Shown: positions 1 to 11,007, numbered from the stretch's first letter. The stretch is DNA of 20,000 bases from Chiloscyllium plagiosum (GCF_004010195.1 NC_057718.1:60561301-60581300), one strand, 5' to 3'. Translations and numbers: made by a program. Notes: generated by a model not told the origin, from the sequence alone.

Positions 1-939
1 GCATGATGAATTAAATCTAGGGGAACAGCCAGTGTTCTGGATGGGATCAACCAGATACTTTTAAATATCTCAACCTGATACTTTTTTTAAAAAAATTGCA
101 GAAACCTGATGTACACTGAGTGGAATTTGTGTTTAAAATTCTGTGATCTTTCAAGAATGCTAAACTTATTTTATGCAATTTGTAGCAAAAACGCGTCAAG
201 AAATAAATCCAGCAGAAAAGGGCAGCATTTGCCTATCATGTTTGTTGTAAAGCAAAAGGTGGGTAAATATACCCTGACTAACAGTTTGTGGTAACGTTTT
301 TTCAACTCAAACACGTTACACGTAAGTTGGAGAAAGGAAACAAGATTTAGGGGAAGGTCCAACACAAAGTTATTGAACACTTTATCAAGAAAAACAACGT
401 TTACCAGGCTTTACAACAGTACTTCAATTAAACTCTATCAAACTGTATTGACCTCTTCACAGGACTCTTCAGTAAATTGTTTTAAATCTCTAAGTAAACA
501 GTCTCGAATCTACATTAGTTATTTACTTCCACTTCTGTGGATTCGCTATAACCTATTCAAAAGTGCCTATTGCTATTACTGAACTGCGTGCCTGAGAAAG
601 AACTGATAATACCATTCAACAAGCCGATCCTCAGTCTTTGAGGGTTGGTTGATGCTTCAGGATCTGCAGTCATTGACTTGGACTTCCCCTCTTCTCTAAG
701 GCTGGTTCTAGTGTTGGGGTTGCCTCATTGAGATGGTCTTCCTGGGTCTGATCAGTCTGATGATGTTCATCACAAGGTACAAGGAGCTGCAGATATTGTA
801 AAGCACGGCTGCCAATTGAAGGTGCTCTTTGGAGATGCTATTGATGAAAGCACAAAAAAATCACAGCAAGCTGGAGCTCCTTTTTGCCACTTTTGCGCCC
901 CCCTCCCAACTTTGCATCTTCCTCAACAATTCTGTGGCC

Positions 940-1300
940 TGTGTCCAAATTTTAAATTATCTTAAACACCTAATTTAGATAATCTCTTTATCTTCTACAA
1001 TCAACAGCACAATCTTGGTTTACGCACTTTTACCCCAGTATTATTCTACTGAATCTCTGCTGCATCTACTCCAAGGCCAGTATGTCCTTCATACATTTCA
1101 GTCTTGAAAACTGTTCACACAGTATTCCATTTGGAGAAAGTGAGGACTGCAGATGAGGACTGCAGATGCATTCTTCAGGAATGCATCCCGAAGAAGGGCT
1201 TATGCCCGAAACGTCGATTCTCCTGCTCCTTGGATGCTGTATTCCATGTTTGATCAAAGCAGGGCTTCGCATAGCTATAACGTAACCTCTATCCTCTATA
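940..1300 (-). mobile_element. Old, degenerate CR1-clade LINE fragment (C-terminal part of the ORF2 RT region), interrupted by an insertion at 1131-1238
   Basis: Aligns by eye with the young CR1 at 19800-19995 (shared GCCAGTATGTCC; AAAACTG..CACAGTA.TCCA). The minus-strand translation LCEQFSRLKCMKDILALE resembles YCVQFWAPHLRRDILALE. Boundaries are approximate. Confidence 0.75.
1131..1238. mobile_element. Short rearranged Penelope-like terminal-repeat element with a degenerate minimal hammerhead-like core, flanked by a 9-bp TSD
   Basis: GTATTCCAT occurs at 1122-1130 and 1239-1247. Bases 1135-1155 are the exact reverse complement of 15920-15940, and 1208-1238 matches 15837-15867 in direct orientation. 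The core CCGAAGA-A-GGGC-TTAT-GCCC-GAAACGTC lies at 1188-1215. Confidence 0.7.
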
Positions 1301-1699
1301 ACATTGTTATTTGAACTTTTTGGATAGACCAGTTAACTTAAAGTCCAATGACTCAATTTTCAGAAATATTTGTACAAGTGATTGTGCTTTCTAACATGGC
1401 AGTGGTAGCAGTGCAGTGTCAACAGCACATTATTTGAAGAAGTGTTAATCATCAACAGGAGCTCCTGGATTTCCACATTTAACTACATATTTGTGGACTC
1501 CATAAGTTCTTGACGGTTCCACAGAAGTAGCAGCACTGAACACAAAGTATTGTTCTCACTACTACTGCAAAACTGAAGCCAAAGTAAATTTTTAGTAAGT
1601 CTGTCAGTTGCTGATTTTCCAATGCAATATGATCTGGGTCTATCATTAAGCTGCCTACATTACAGTAACTGAGCACTTTCTTTATCTTACTCTATTTTG

Positions 1700-2480
1700 G
1701 AAAATACATGAGCATTGTCCTTGATAAGCCTCAGAGAATTTTCCCATATTACCTTAGAGCAGCTTTTGCAACTTGCTTTATATCCCTTCAGCATCTTTTT
1801 TTATGTCTCTTAATCTGGAGAATTTCTACTGCTCTATGGCCCTCTACAAGTCTTTTCACTTGGTTTTAAACTATTTGTCACTTCTTTCATTAACCAACAT
1901 TGTTTAATTCCATAAAAACAGTATGCACATGATTTGTATTCTACCAAATGAAGTTTTGTAAAGTAATACTACATTCATAAAAGTTCTAAATAACACTTCA
2001 TTACAAATTACTATTTCCAAAAGAGCAATATAGGTTTTTTTTTTTGCATGCTATGTGGATTTTAAAACGCATCATTACAATTGACAGTACACATGATATT
2101 TATGATATATATTCCATGACAGGGATAAAGTTCAAGGGTTTTGATACAGTTCTGAGTGCCTCGCTGTGATCTTTCTCCATTGAGCCATTGTAGCAGTTGC
2201 CCCAAGCTTTGGTGCATCACTCAGCAATGAAGTACTGGATCTTGGAATGTGACAAACTGCAACATTTAGTTGTGAAAAACCCTTTTAGCTAAGTGACTTA
2301 TTAGTTCCGAAACCCTTGGCCATTAAAATCACTAAACAAAGAGCAATATGTTTTACTAAATCTAAGAGTGCCTGTTCTCTTGTCAATTCCAGAACATACT
2401 GTTCAAGAAAACTATTCGAATTCACATAGTTCTGCTTTCCTCAAACACTGAAAATTAAAGTCTCCCCAGTGTCAACACTG
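1700..2480 (-). mobile_element. Highly decayed CR1 ORF2 remnants (endonuclease C-terminus and linker), collinear with the 940-1300 fragment
   Basis: Minus-strand translations give GDFNF (2465-2451), SFLEQYVLELTREQALLDLV (2413-2354) and QCWLMKEVTNSLKP (1902-1861, the PWLTKEV-like motif). The order EN, linker, RT is as expected on the minus strand. Confidence 0.7.
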
Positions 2481-2549
2481 AGTACACCCAACAATGTGTA
2501 TGAACCGTAACTTTAAAAGAGGCATTCTTTGTGCCAACTTTACTTAATT

Positions 2550-2680
2550 TTTCACATTTGTTCTTTGGGTAAGAGTTTTTCTGGAACAAATTGCCCATCC
2601 CTAAGTTGCCTTTCAAAAGGTCTAAAGCGTTCTAAAACCACTACAGTCTATGTGATGTCAATTTACCCACAGTGCTTTCT
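2550..2680 (-). mobile_element. Degenerate 3' end of an L2/CR1-group LINE (same family as 7325-7902)
   Basis: TTGCCCATCCCTAAGTTGCCTTTCAAAAGG...CTACAGTCTATGTG...ACCCACAGTGCT parallels 7345-7440. Confidence 0.55.
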
Positions 2681-2704
2681 TTCTACTGCACTTTGATACA
2701 CATG

Positions 2705-2985
2705 TGTGGCTTCCTATACTATTTCAGAGGGTCAGTTAGAGTCAAGCGCTCTTCGTACAGATTATGAAATTTCCTGTAGATAAGCAGATTTCCTCCCCTG
2801 ATGGAGACCAGTGAACCAGATGGGTTTTATGACAATCTGGTAGTTTTATGATTATAAAGTAGCATTTCATTGCAAATGTATTAATTATTTAAATTCAAGT
2901 GCCCCCAGCTGCCAAGGTGGAATTTGAACCTGAATTTCCTGAGCATTAATCCAGAGCAGTAACACTGCCATAATATAACCATCCT
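2705..2985 (-). mobile_element. Old tRNA-derived SINE
   Basis: B-box-like GGTTCAAATTCC on the minus strand (2930-2919). Body motifs GATTTCCTCCCCTGA, AGTGAACCAGATGGGTTTT and CCCCAGCTGCC match a common elasmobranch SINE recalled from memory. Confidence 0.65.
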
Positions 2986-3358
2986 CCTTAAGGCTATCTT
3001 GAATGCCATGAACAATTAATGCCCACATGAAGGCAGTTTAAACCTAATGCTGCAAGGGAATGGTTGGGCATTGTCAAAATCGCTTTACATAGCACCTTCA
3101 CATCTGCAGATGAAGAAAATTGACACTCCATCAATCTGGGTTGAGTGGAAGTCCAATGACTAAACTACTGTGTCCAGGGTAAAATAAATATAACATGGAT
3201 CCAAAGTATTTCTTTATATGGAGTGTTAAAATTTGAGAATGATTAACAAGCTAAACTAATGGAATCAAAGATATTTGAGTCTTAAAAAAGCAGTTTGTTC
3301 TCAGTGGTGAGGGAGAAATTTAATGGACAGGATGACATTTTCTTATTTTCTTTTCCTC

Positions 3359-3501
3359 AGAGCCAGCTCTCAGATTGAACAGAACCCCTGACACTTCTGT
3401 GTATCTTTTTTTCTTTTTTTTCTTTTCTCCCTTCCCTAACACAAAAGTCCAGCTCCCTTAGAGCCAGCTCTCAGAGTGAACAGAATCCCTGACACTCCTG
3501 T
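3359..3501 (+). repeat. Direct duplication of a 42-bp unit (period 101 bp) with pyrimidine tracts; possibly an LTR fragment
   Basis: AGAGCCAGCTCTCAGA(T/G)TGAACAGAA(C/T)CCCTGACACT(T/C)CTGT at 3359-3400 and 3460-3501, 39/42 identical. Confidence 0.85.
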
Positions 3502-4217
3502 TCTTTTTTCTTCCTTCCTTTTGACATTTTCTTATATTCTTGTGTCTGATCTGTAAAACAGAAGAAGAATTAGTACCAAGACTTCAATTAATTTTGGTGT
3601 GCAGCAAAACACCTATTCCAACCCCTGCCCTATGTCCATCCTGGACCTTGCTCAGATTTGGACATGGCAATATGTGTAAGAGACTAGTCGTGCCTTGAAG
3701 TTCATTGAACATATTGTGCACATTTGACTTTGAACATTGTTCTTCCTTGTTAAGCTAACAAGGACCTTTTCAGTAGGTAGAATGGGACAGTGGGCTGAGT
3801 TGTGGATTCATGTTACAGCTTTTGTTCATAATACTGAATGGTTCACTATTACTGCAACTAATCGATGGCTGCCAATATTGGGTACTTAGGAAGTGGTTAA
3901 CCACAATTATTCCCAAATAAAAGACATTTTGAATAGAGTTGATTATTAATTTGTTATGGTTGAACATGAATAATAAATGAAATTAATCTGACTTTATGTA
4001 CATACTGGCAAAAATACAAAAGGCTATTTTGTCAAATATCCAACTGCCATATAGGCAGTTTTCCAAAATATAAACTTGGCTAAGGATCCATGCTTCACTT
4101 ACTGAAATCCTACTTTATCAAGTATGTTTCATTACAATATTCCCTGCTAACCTGACTAAAGTTACATGTAATTTGAACTGAGCAACATTATTAATTAATT
4201 TGGACATCATCACAGTG

Positions 4218-4620
4218 GACTCTTTGATGCCACCCTCAAATGACTTTGAGGTATAAAGAACCAGGGCCATTGAGAAGAATTTCAACATTGTTGTGTTTGC
4301 ATCACCCGCGTGATGGGAACTCAATACGCATGCACATTGAGGGAGTGGAATCCACTTGTATTTGGAAAACAATAGAATAAACAAATGGTATACACAAGTC
4401 AATGTTATCAGCTATGCTATGGGGAGGCGGACCGTGTAAAACTTTGTTGGTGGCTAGCAGGAATGAAATGAAGATGTTTCACTGTGTAAGGAGAATCTTA
4501 GTGAGCTGCCTTATGCAGTATTGCAAGGCAAACTACAAGATCTTGTTCATATTTTCCGCAGCAACATGGAAAAAGCCAGACACTTGAAAACTGATTTCCC
4601 CATCACCTCTAGAGAGGTTC
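4218..4620 (+). pseudogene. Possible decayed Gypsy-type gag remnant
   Basis: One frame with five in-frame stops reads LMPPSNDF...QVNVISYAMG...PYAVLQGKLQDLVHIFRSNMEKARHLK. This is reminiscent of Gypsy gag N-termini (PP..FDF...QVNTLIYAMG...KF..YF..RNVIFERAKF). The similarity is weak and judged by eye. Confidence 0.3.
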
Positions 4621-4845
4621 AGGCAGTGTGGTCCATGTCCTATTTTGATGATCCAACTTACAATGTCATAAAATATCAGATTCCATGTTTTTATGTGAAA
4701 GACAGATGTCTCAAGCATTCATCCTGAAGTTGATGTAAGAACATTGCTGCCTGAAGTTCTTTGGTAGCAATTTTCTTTCTGCTCTCCCTTGTTCTTTCAC
4801 CAGCAGCTCATCCCACTGTACATGGTCTCTGTTCATTCTTTCAAT

Positions 4846-4927
4846 GTTAAGAATCACACAACACCAGGTTATAGTCCATCAGGTTTATTTGGAAGCACTA
4901 GCTTTGGAAGCACCGCTCCTTCTTTCA
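4846..4927 (-). mobile_element. Penelope-like terminal fragment (second family) with a decayed hammerhead-like core
   Basis: The minus strand reads TGAAAGA-AGGAGC-GGT-GCTTC-CAAAGCTAGTGCTTCCAAATAAACCTG..GGACTATAACCTGGTGTTGTGTGATT. The recalled shark repeat reads CTGATGAAGGAGCAGCGCTCCGAAAGCTAG at this position. Confidence 0.6.
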
Positions 4928-6044
4928 ATCATCCTCGATTCCAGATGGAAGAATGTAATGAGTCAACAAAGTCTGGAAGTGATGTTTTTCAACACAAGCT
5001 TTTGATTGATCAAAACAAAAAGCCAGGTCACTCCCTGTAGATTACTGTTACTTTGTGCAAATACATAAAATCTCTACTGCATACAATTGCACTAACGCTG
5101 AGAAGAAATAGCACTGTAACTAACCTGTGATTGCTGTATGATTTCTTTAAGCAGCACCAGTGGGACCTTCTTCACACCATTTAATATTGTGTTCAGCTGT
5201 GTGAGGTTCCGACAGGATAAGCTGGAGCATGGTGTTTGGAAATGATCATGATGACATCAGATCAGCATTGTATACTTATTAACCCAATAATGCGCCTGTT
5301 TCTATGCTGTTTATGGTCATTAGGTGCGTGCACATAAAGCTCTTTACTGAGATACTATTCAGTACATTTCCCAATGGAAATATACATGTACATCTAAGAA
5401 AACATTTTCAAGCATTAGGAGACTATGTAGCACATATGAAAAACACTACAAAATTCAATTTAGACCCTTAGATCAGAAATGAAAAGATAAACGTATTTAA
5501 CAGTAAACAAGTAAATGAACAGCATTCAGAGCAAGTAACATATTTACAGTTATTTCAAACTATTTTCCTTGAAGTGTCAAAACAACAAAGACACTTCTCT
5601 TGCGCTAATTCTTAGCATAAAATTGATCCTTGAAACACAATCACTCACTTCTCTTATGATGCCATGTTACCATGGAGTCATGACCTAACTCGATATTTTT
5701 GCTGGTTTCAGAATGAAGGCTGACTGGGATCAAGTCAGCCACATATATCTCATTTAAAATCATTTGAATATAAAATGAAACAAATGACAATAAAAACTGC
5801 ATCCATATTAGCCACTTCAGGTGGTCAGCTTTTCAGATTTCAAACGCAATATTGATAAACTAGCATGTGGGTCAGGAGATTGAATTGAATAGCTGGGCTA
5901 CTTAAACATATCGATGTAATCAAACCACCTAGTTTCATAGCAGCCACTTGTAGTCACACTACTTATTCATCTGGGTTTGCATATATATTAACTAGGAAAG
6001 GTTCTGTTGAATTTCCTTTTACTGTCAACAATGAGAAACATCAA

Positions 6045-7204
6045 ACAGGAGAGGGATACAACCCATTTACAGAAAGATGCTGATAGATTAGATTCCCTAC
6101 AGTATGGAAACAGGCCCTTCGGCCCAACACGTCCACACCAACCCTCTGAAGAGTAACCCACCCAAACCAATTCCCCTAGCCTATGTTTACCCCTGACTAA
6201 TGCACCTAACATTATGGGCAATTTAGCATGGCAAATTCACCTAACCCGCACATCTTTGGATGGTGGGAGGAAACTAGGGCACTGGGAGGAAACCCACACA
6301 GACACGGGGAGAATATACAAACTTCACAGAGGCAGTCACCCAAGATGGGACTCGAACCCGGGTCCTTGGCGCTGTGAGGCAACAGTGCTAGCCACTGAGC
6401 CACCGTGCCACCCAAAGGTTAAGTAACTGGGCAAAAAAGGTTGGCAAATGGAATATAATGTGGGAAAATGTGAAGTTGTTCATTTTGAAAGGGAGAACAA
6501 AAGAACAGAATTTTATTTAAATGGAGAAAAAATGCAGAAAGCAGCAACACAAAGGGACTTAGGTGCACTGGTGCCCAAAGTACAGAAAGCTAGCACACAG
6601 ATGCAGCAGGTAATCAGGAAGGCTAATGAAATTTTAGCCCTTGTTTCAAGAAGGTTGGAGTGTAAGTGTAAATATGTCTTACTGCAACTGTACAAAATGT
6701 GAGTGAGACACATCTGGAGTAATATGAGCAGTTTCTGTCCCCTCATCTGCAGAGAGATATTGTTTCATTAGGGGCAGTTCATAGAAAGTTCACTAGGATG
6801 GTCTCCAGTATAGAGGAATTGTGTTATGATCAAAGGTTAAACAGGTTGGGAACCTACTCACCAAAATTCAAAAGACTGAGAGATGATCTCATTAAAATAC
6901 ATAGGATTCTCAATGGGACTTGACAGGACAACTGCTGAGAGGATGTTTCTCATTTGGTGAGAATTAAGGACTAATTTAAGACTGAAATGAAGAGGAATAT
7001 CTTCTCTCAGAGGTTTGCAAGTCTTTGGAACTCCTTGCCACAGAGAGCTGTGGTAGCAGAGTCCTTGTGTATATTTAAGGCTGAGATAGATTCTTGATCG
7101 GTAGGGGAATCAAGGGTTACACGAAAAAAGTAGGAATATTGACATGAGGAATGTCAGATCAGCCATGTCCTATTGAATGGTGGGGCAGGCTCGAGGGATG
7201 AAAT
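6045..7204 (+). mobile_element. 5'-truncated CR1/HER1-type LINE (RT C-terminus plus 3' UTR), pseudogenised and split by a SINE at 6084-6413
   Basis: ORF 6448-6702 (MEYNVGKCEVVHF...QRDLGALV...QQVIRKANEIL...VLLQLYK) is typical CR1 ORF2. The 3' end reads CAGCCATG..TATTGAATGGTGGGGCAGGCTCGAGGG. Multiple stops and frameshifts are present. Confidence 0.92.
6084..6413 (-). mobile_element. Full-length HE1-like V-SINE (tRNA head, V domain, CR1-derived tail)
   Basis: A box TGGCTCAGTGG (6402-6392), B box GGTTCGAGTCC (6358-6348), V-domain TCTCCCCGTGTCTGTGTGGGTTTCCTCC, and tail GGGCCGAAGGGCCTGTTTCC...(AATCT)n. Confidence 0.93.
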
Positions 7205-7324
7205 AAAAACTAAACTTCTAACAATTTAATAAAACTGTGAATTCTAATTTACCATCATTCATGCTGGAAAGAAAACGATCTACGAGTGCAAACAAAAGTG
7301 ACCTTTAAGTGTCGTTGTCTTTAT

Positions 7325-7902
7325 TGATTGCTGGCTGCCCAGCACTTATTATCCAGCCCTTGTTCCCCTGTAAAAAGTGGTGTTGACCTTCCTTCTTGAA
7401 CTGCTGCAGTCAATGGGGAGTAGGTACACCTATAGTGCTGTTAGGAATAGAATTCTAGGAGATTGACTACATGACAGTGAGATAGTAATATTATAGACCC
7501 AAGTCAGGATGATCTATCGCTTAAAGGGGAAAATGCAGGTGATGGTATTTCCATTCATCTGCTGCCTTTGACCATCCAGATAGTAGGGAGTGCAGCTTTG
7601 GAATTTGCCTTTGAAAAGCCTTGGTGAATTGACATGGTGCACCTTGTAGATAGTATACATGGTACTACCAATAGATCAGATGCCAATCAAAAGGGTTCAT
7701 TGTTCTGGATAATACCGATTTTCTTGATCCAGGAAAGTGATGTGTCTTCTATTAGACTCCTAAATTGTGCCTTCTGAGTTGTGGAGATGCTTTGGAACGT
7801 CAGATGGTGAGTTACATGCCTCAGAGTTCTGATCTGCTGCTGTAGTCACCGTACTTATCCAGGTTGGTTTCTGGTTAACCGCAAACCCAAGGATGTTGAT
7901 AG
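7325..7902 (-). mobile_element. Degenerate 3' portion of an L2/CR1-group LINE
   Basis: Motifs CCTTCTTGAACTGCTGCAGTC, GTAGGTACACC, CCAAGTCAGGATG, TGCAGGTGATGGT, CACCTTGTAGATAGTA and CCCAAGGATGTTGATAG follow the order of a recalled shark LINE 3' region. No open frame remains. Confidence 0.7.
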
Positions 7903-8497
7903 TTTGTAAACAATTGGGATCAAAATACAGTATTTTTTTTACAGCTTTGTAATAGTGTTAATCATTCTTGGCTACTTGCTGTGCTGAAGCTATTAGTCTG
8001 AAACCCAGTCAAGCACTCATAATGGCTAGAGCCATCATAACAAAAGACACCTTAGAAAATGTTGTTTAAAGTTTTTACAATGCGTTTTAACACATAACCA
8101 CCAGTTTCAGCCCAATATTAAAATGAAATCATTTCTATAATGTGTGGCTTGATAACAGCCTGTTAAGCAATGGAGAGGAGCGGGTAAGGATAATGTTTGC
8201 AACTTTCAAAGGATTTTTTTTTAAGATGTGTAGCTATCAGTCAATTTAAATCACAGCTACAAAATATAACTGCAGAGCCTGCAGGAGCATTTTTTTTCAA
8301 AAACATTGCATTATGACATTTTCTTAAAAGGAAAAGGTACTGTAATACATGGCAATTGCACAATGATGATCAATGTAAGAGTTAACCTACCTTTACAGGT
8401 CAGATCTCTATGATAAATTGTTACCCTAAATTACATCTGTATTGCAACACAGCATCTATTGGTAGAATTTGAAGGTGTCAAAAACTTTTACACATAC

Positions 8498-8697
8498 CTT
8501 TAGAATGTTCCCGACTCCTCAGTAGGCTTCCTCCAGTGGTCATGAACTCTTTGAAGAAAGTACAAGTCTTTAGAGACTCCAAAACTTGCGTGATCATGTG
8601 AAAATTGTACACAGGAGGATATGAAATTTCCCTTCACAATTGGGGCCCTAACATTGGAAGACCTGTATCTGTATTTTGCATTAAAGACTTTCCAAAT
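8498..8697 (-). other. Candidate spliced exon (200 nt), apparently non-coding or stop-containing
   Basis: Acceptor attgtgtccttttcacAG|ATTTGG and donor AAG|GTatgt. All three frames contain stops; frame 0 is open for 65 codons before TAA. Confidence 0.35.
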
Positions 8698-10834
8698 CTG
8701 TGAAAAGGACACAATATAATTGCATTGGATCAGGAAGGTAGGAGAAAATTGTTTCTCCAGCACAAAATTAAAGTTAAGTCCAAAATCTCCTGACCCATTT
8801 TGTGCATCAACTGGCAGACAAAATTGAACCCAATATTGCAGGGAAAGCTGCTTCAGATTTATTGCAGTTATATGATTAGTAAATTGTTAGTTAATTGAAG
8901 TGCTATGCTTAAATCCACTGACAAATTATGTGTTGTACACAATGATTATTGTAATATTCTAACCTTGTGAATGGATTAAACAACTTTAAAGATAACTTGA
9001 TAATAAATTTGCACAATGCATGTAACTTATTGAATATACAACATTTCCACTTGATTTCTTTTTTTCTAAAATCGTATTAGATTCCATATTCTGGTTTGTA
9101 TTACATACTAAATTTACACTTCAGTGTTTTCTGGCAATGAAGTGAACTAAGATATTTAATCCCTTGTGGTTATTTAATGCAAAGGCTATCTATTCAATGC
9201 ATTATTCTTACATTAGCAATGTTTGAAGATTAGGAATTTAAATTACATAACTTCTCAAGTGAATAATATCAGGTAATATCAAGGCAAAATAACATGGATT
9301 AATGCTAATTTTAGATTATTATTCAGAAATTTTGCTGTAGCTAGGAATAAAACATGAATAAATACAAATTAGAAAGTGTCTCTCTAAGGTCCAACATCAT
9401 GTCCATTAAATGGACAATGCACAGAAGCAGCTCTTAGTTTACATAATGTGATGCATGCATATATGAATGAATATTAATGGGTTTTTTTAGAAAAAGCATT
9501 GAAAAAACTCCTGCGATGACAGATTAAAGCCCTTGTGGTAAAATCTTCTTTCAGACTGGCTGTAACCTCAATTGATAGTAACAATTTTACCTTCAAGATA
9601 ACACCTCCATGGTATCTGCTTCCATCGTTTAAGCTAAATTAATGATTTCATTACAGATTGAAATGGCACTTAAGGCATTGCTGATTTACCTGTAATCCCA
9701 GCAATATTCCAAAAATACCTCTGTGTCTTCTCTGATTAGCCATTCTTCACATCCAATTGATCTGTTGAGGTAATAGTCGGAAACACACCATGCAGTAATT
9801 ACTTACATCTGATTTAAGAAAAGAATATTCAGCACTCCCACTGTTCCACTTTAAGGTCTTCATGGACTATTAACTCATTCCTGTTTATTAATACTCTAAT
9901 GGGCGGATCTTGTCTGGGTTACAATGATTATATGTAATTTTTGTTCTAAAATGAAAGAAATGAATATGAAAATTTGCAAGCATTATGTGACATGGTTAAC
10001 TAGGAAATGGCACCAGTATGTTTTGTTAGGTAGTAGTGTACATAGTGGTATTATTTCCTGTGTACTGCAGTGTGTACGAATATTAAGTTTGAGAATTGTA
10101 CTCTACAATGTTTCCTGCGGGTGTTAAATTCCTTTGAACCCTCTTTGCCTACAGGTACAATCCTCAGACTATTACATTTATCATTTGCTTATTGTTCTAT
10201 TCCGTCTTTTAAACTGTTTTTTAGCTATTGTTTTCTGCTGTGATGTTAAATCAAAAATCAGGCTGTTCAAGAGGTAATGGCAAGAATAACTTTACTCCTA
10301 TACTTAAAGACAGATGTTTTCGCATTTTGAAACAAAATGTGCTCAAGTCTGATGCTCCATTTTTTTTAGGAATTCCCATTGTTACTGTGATTAATGGAAA
10401 ATAGCAGACAATTGTCCTATTGATCATTAAGCAGGAACGACAATAAGCTTAATTTTTGACCACAAATAATTCCAATTTTGGATAATGTGAAAAAAACTGT
10501 TACTGAATGAATATTGCCAGTAATTTAATCCATCCCTCTGTAATCAATTGATTATATGTTGTAAAGATTGAAGCATAGAGTTGACTACAATCAACAGCTC
10601 CCAATTATACTATTCAAATGCCATAATGAGGATATTGTGGTATACTAGCCAATATTGTAGTTAATTTGGCAGGAAATATTATGTATAACCCCAAATGAAA
10701 CAGCATTGTGAACATCTGCATATCAGAAAATGCAAACTGTTGGGATAAATTCTCCACTTTCAGCCATACTATTCCCTTATATTTGTTGAATAACAGTCCA
10801 CACAGTTGTGGAAGCATTGTCATTGTGAACTTAC

Positions 10835-11007
10835 CTGACTGGGGATAAATTTACCTAATGCCTAGACAAACTATGAAATTCACACGGCCAGAATTTCAGG
10901 ACTGGAGGAGTACTAGGTGATGATGGATAAGCCGTAGGGACTTTGAATGTGCTGGCAGAGCTGAGGGATTTGTTTGCTTGGGCTGAGAAGGAGCACACTT
11001 GATATTC
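10835..11007 (-). other. Candidate spliced exon (173 nt), apparently non-coding or stop-containing
   Basis: Acceptor ttgtattttttcctccAG|GAATAT and consensus donor CAG|GTAAGT, with an alternative donor TAG|GTAAAT 20 nt earlier. All three frames contain stops. Confidence 0.4.

Noticed and set aside
291..326. Small inverted repeat GTAACGT...ACGTTAC with a bZIP-like TTACACGTAA
   Set aside because: A 7-11 bp stem is within chance expectation for 20 kb.
701..776. Plus-strand AG...GT exon-like block
   Set aside because: Weak donor (GTACAA), stops in all three frames and no partner exons.
6340..6413. tRNA-like sequence with A and B boxes
   Set aside because: It is the SINE head, continuous with the V domain and LINE-derived tail, and not a standalone tRNA gene.
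6212..6426. ORFs MGGTVAQWLALLPHS... and MGNLAWQIHLTRTSL...
   Set aside because: These are chance translations of both strands of the HE1 SINE, not genes. The same applies to ORFs 5988-6221 and 16099-16296.
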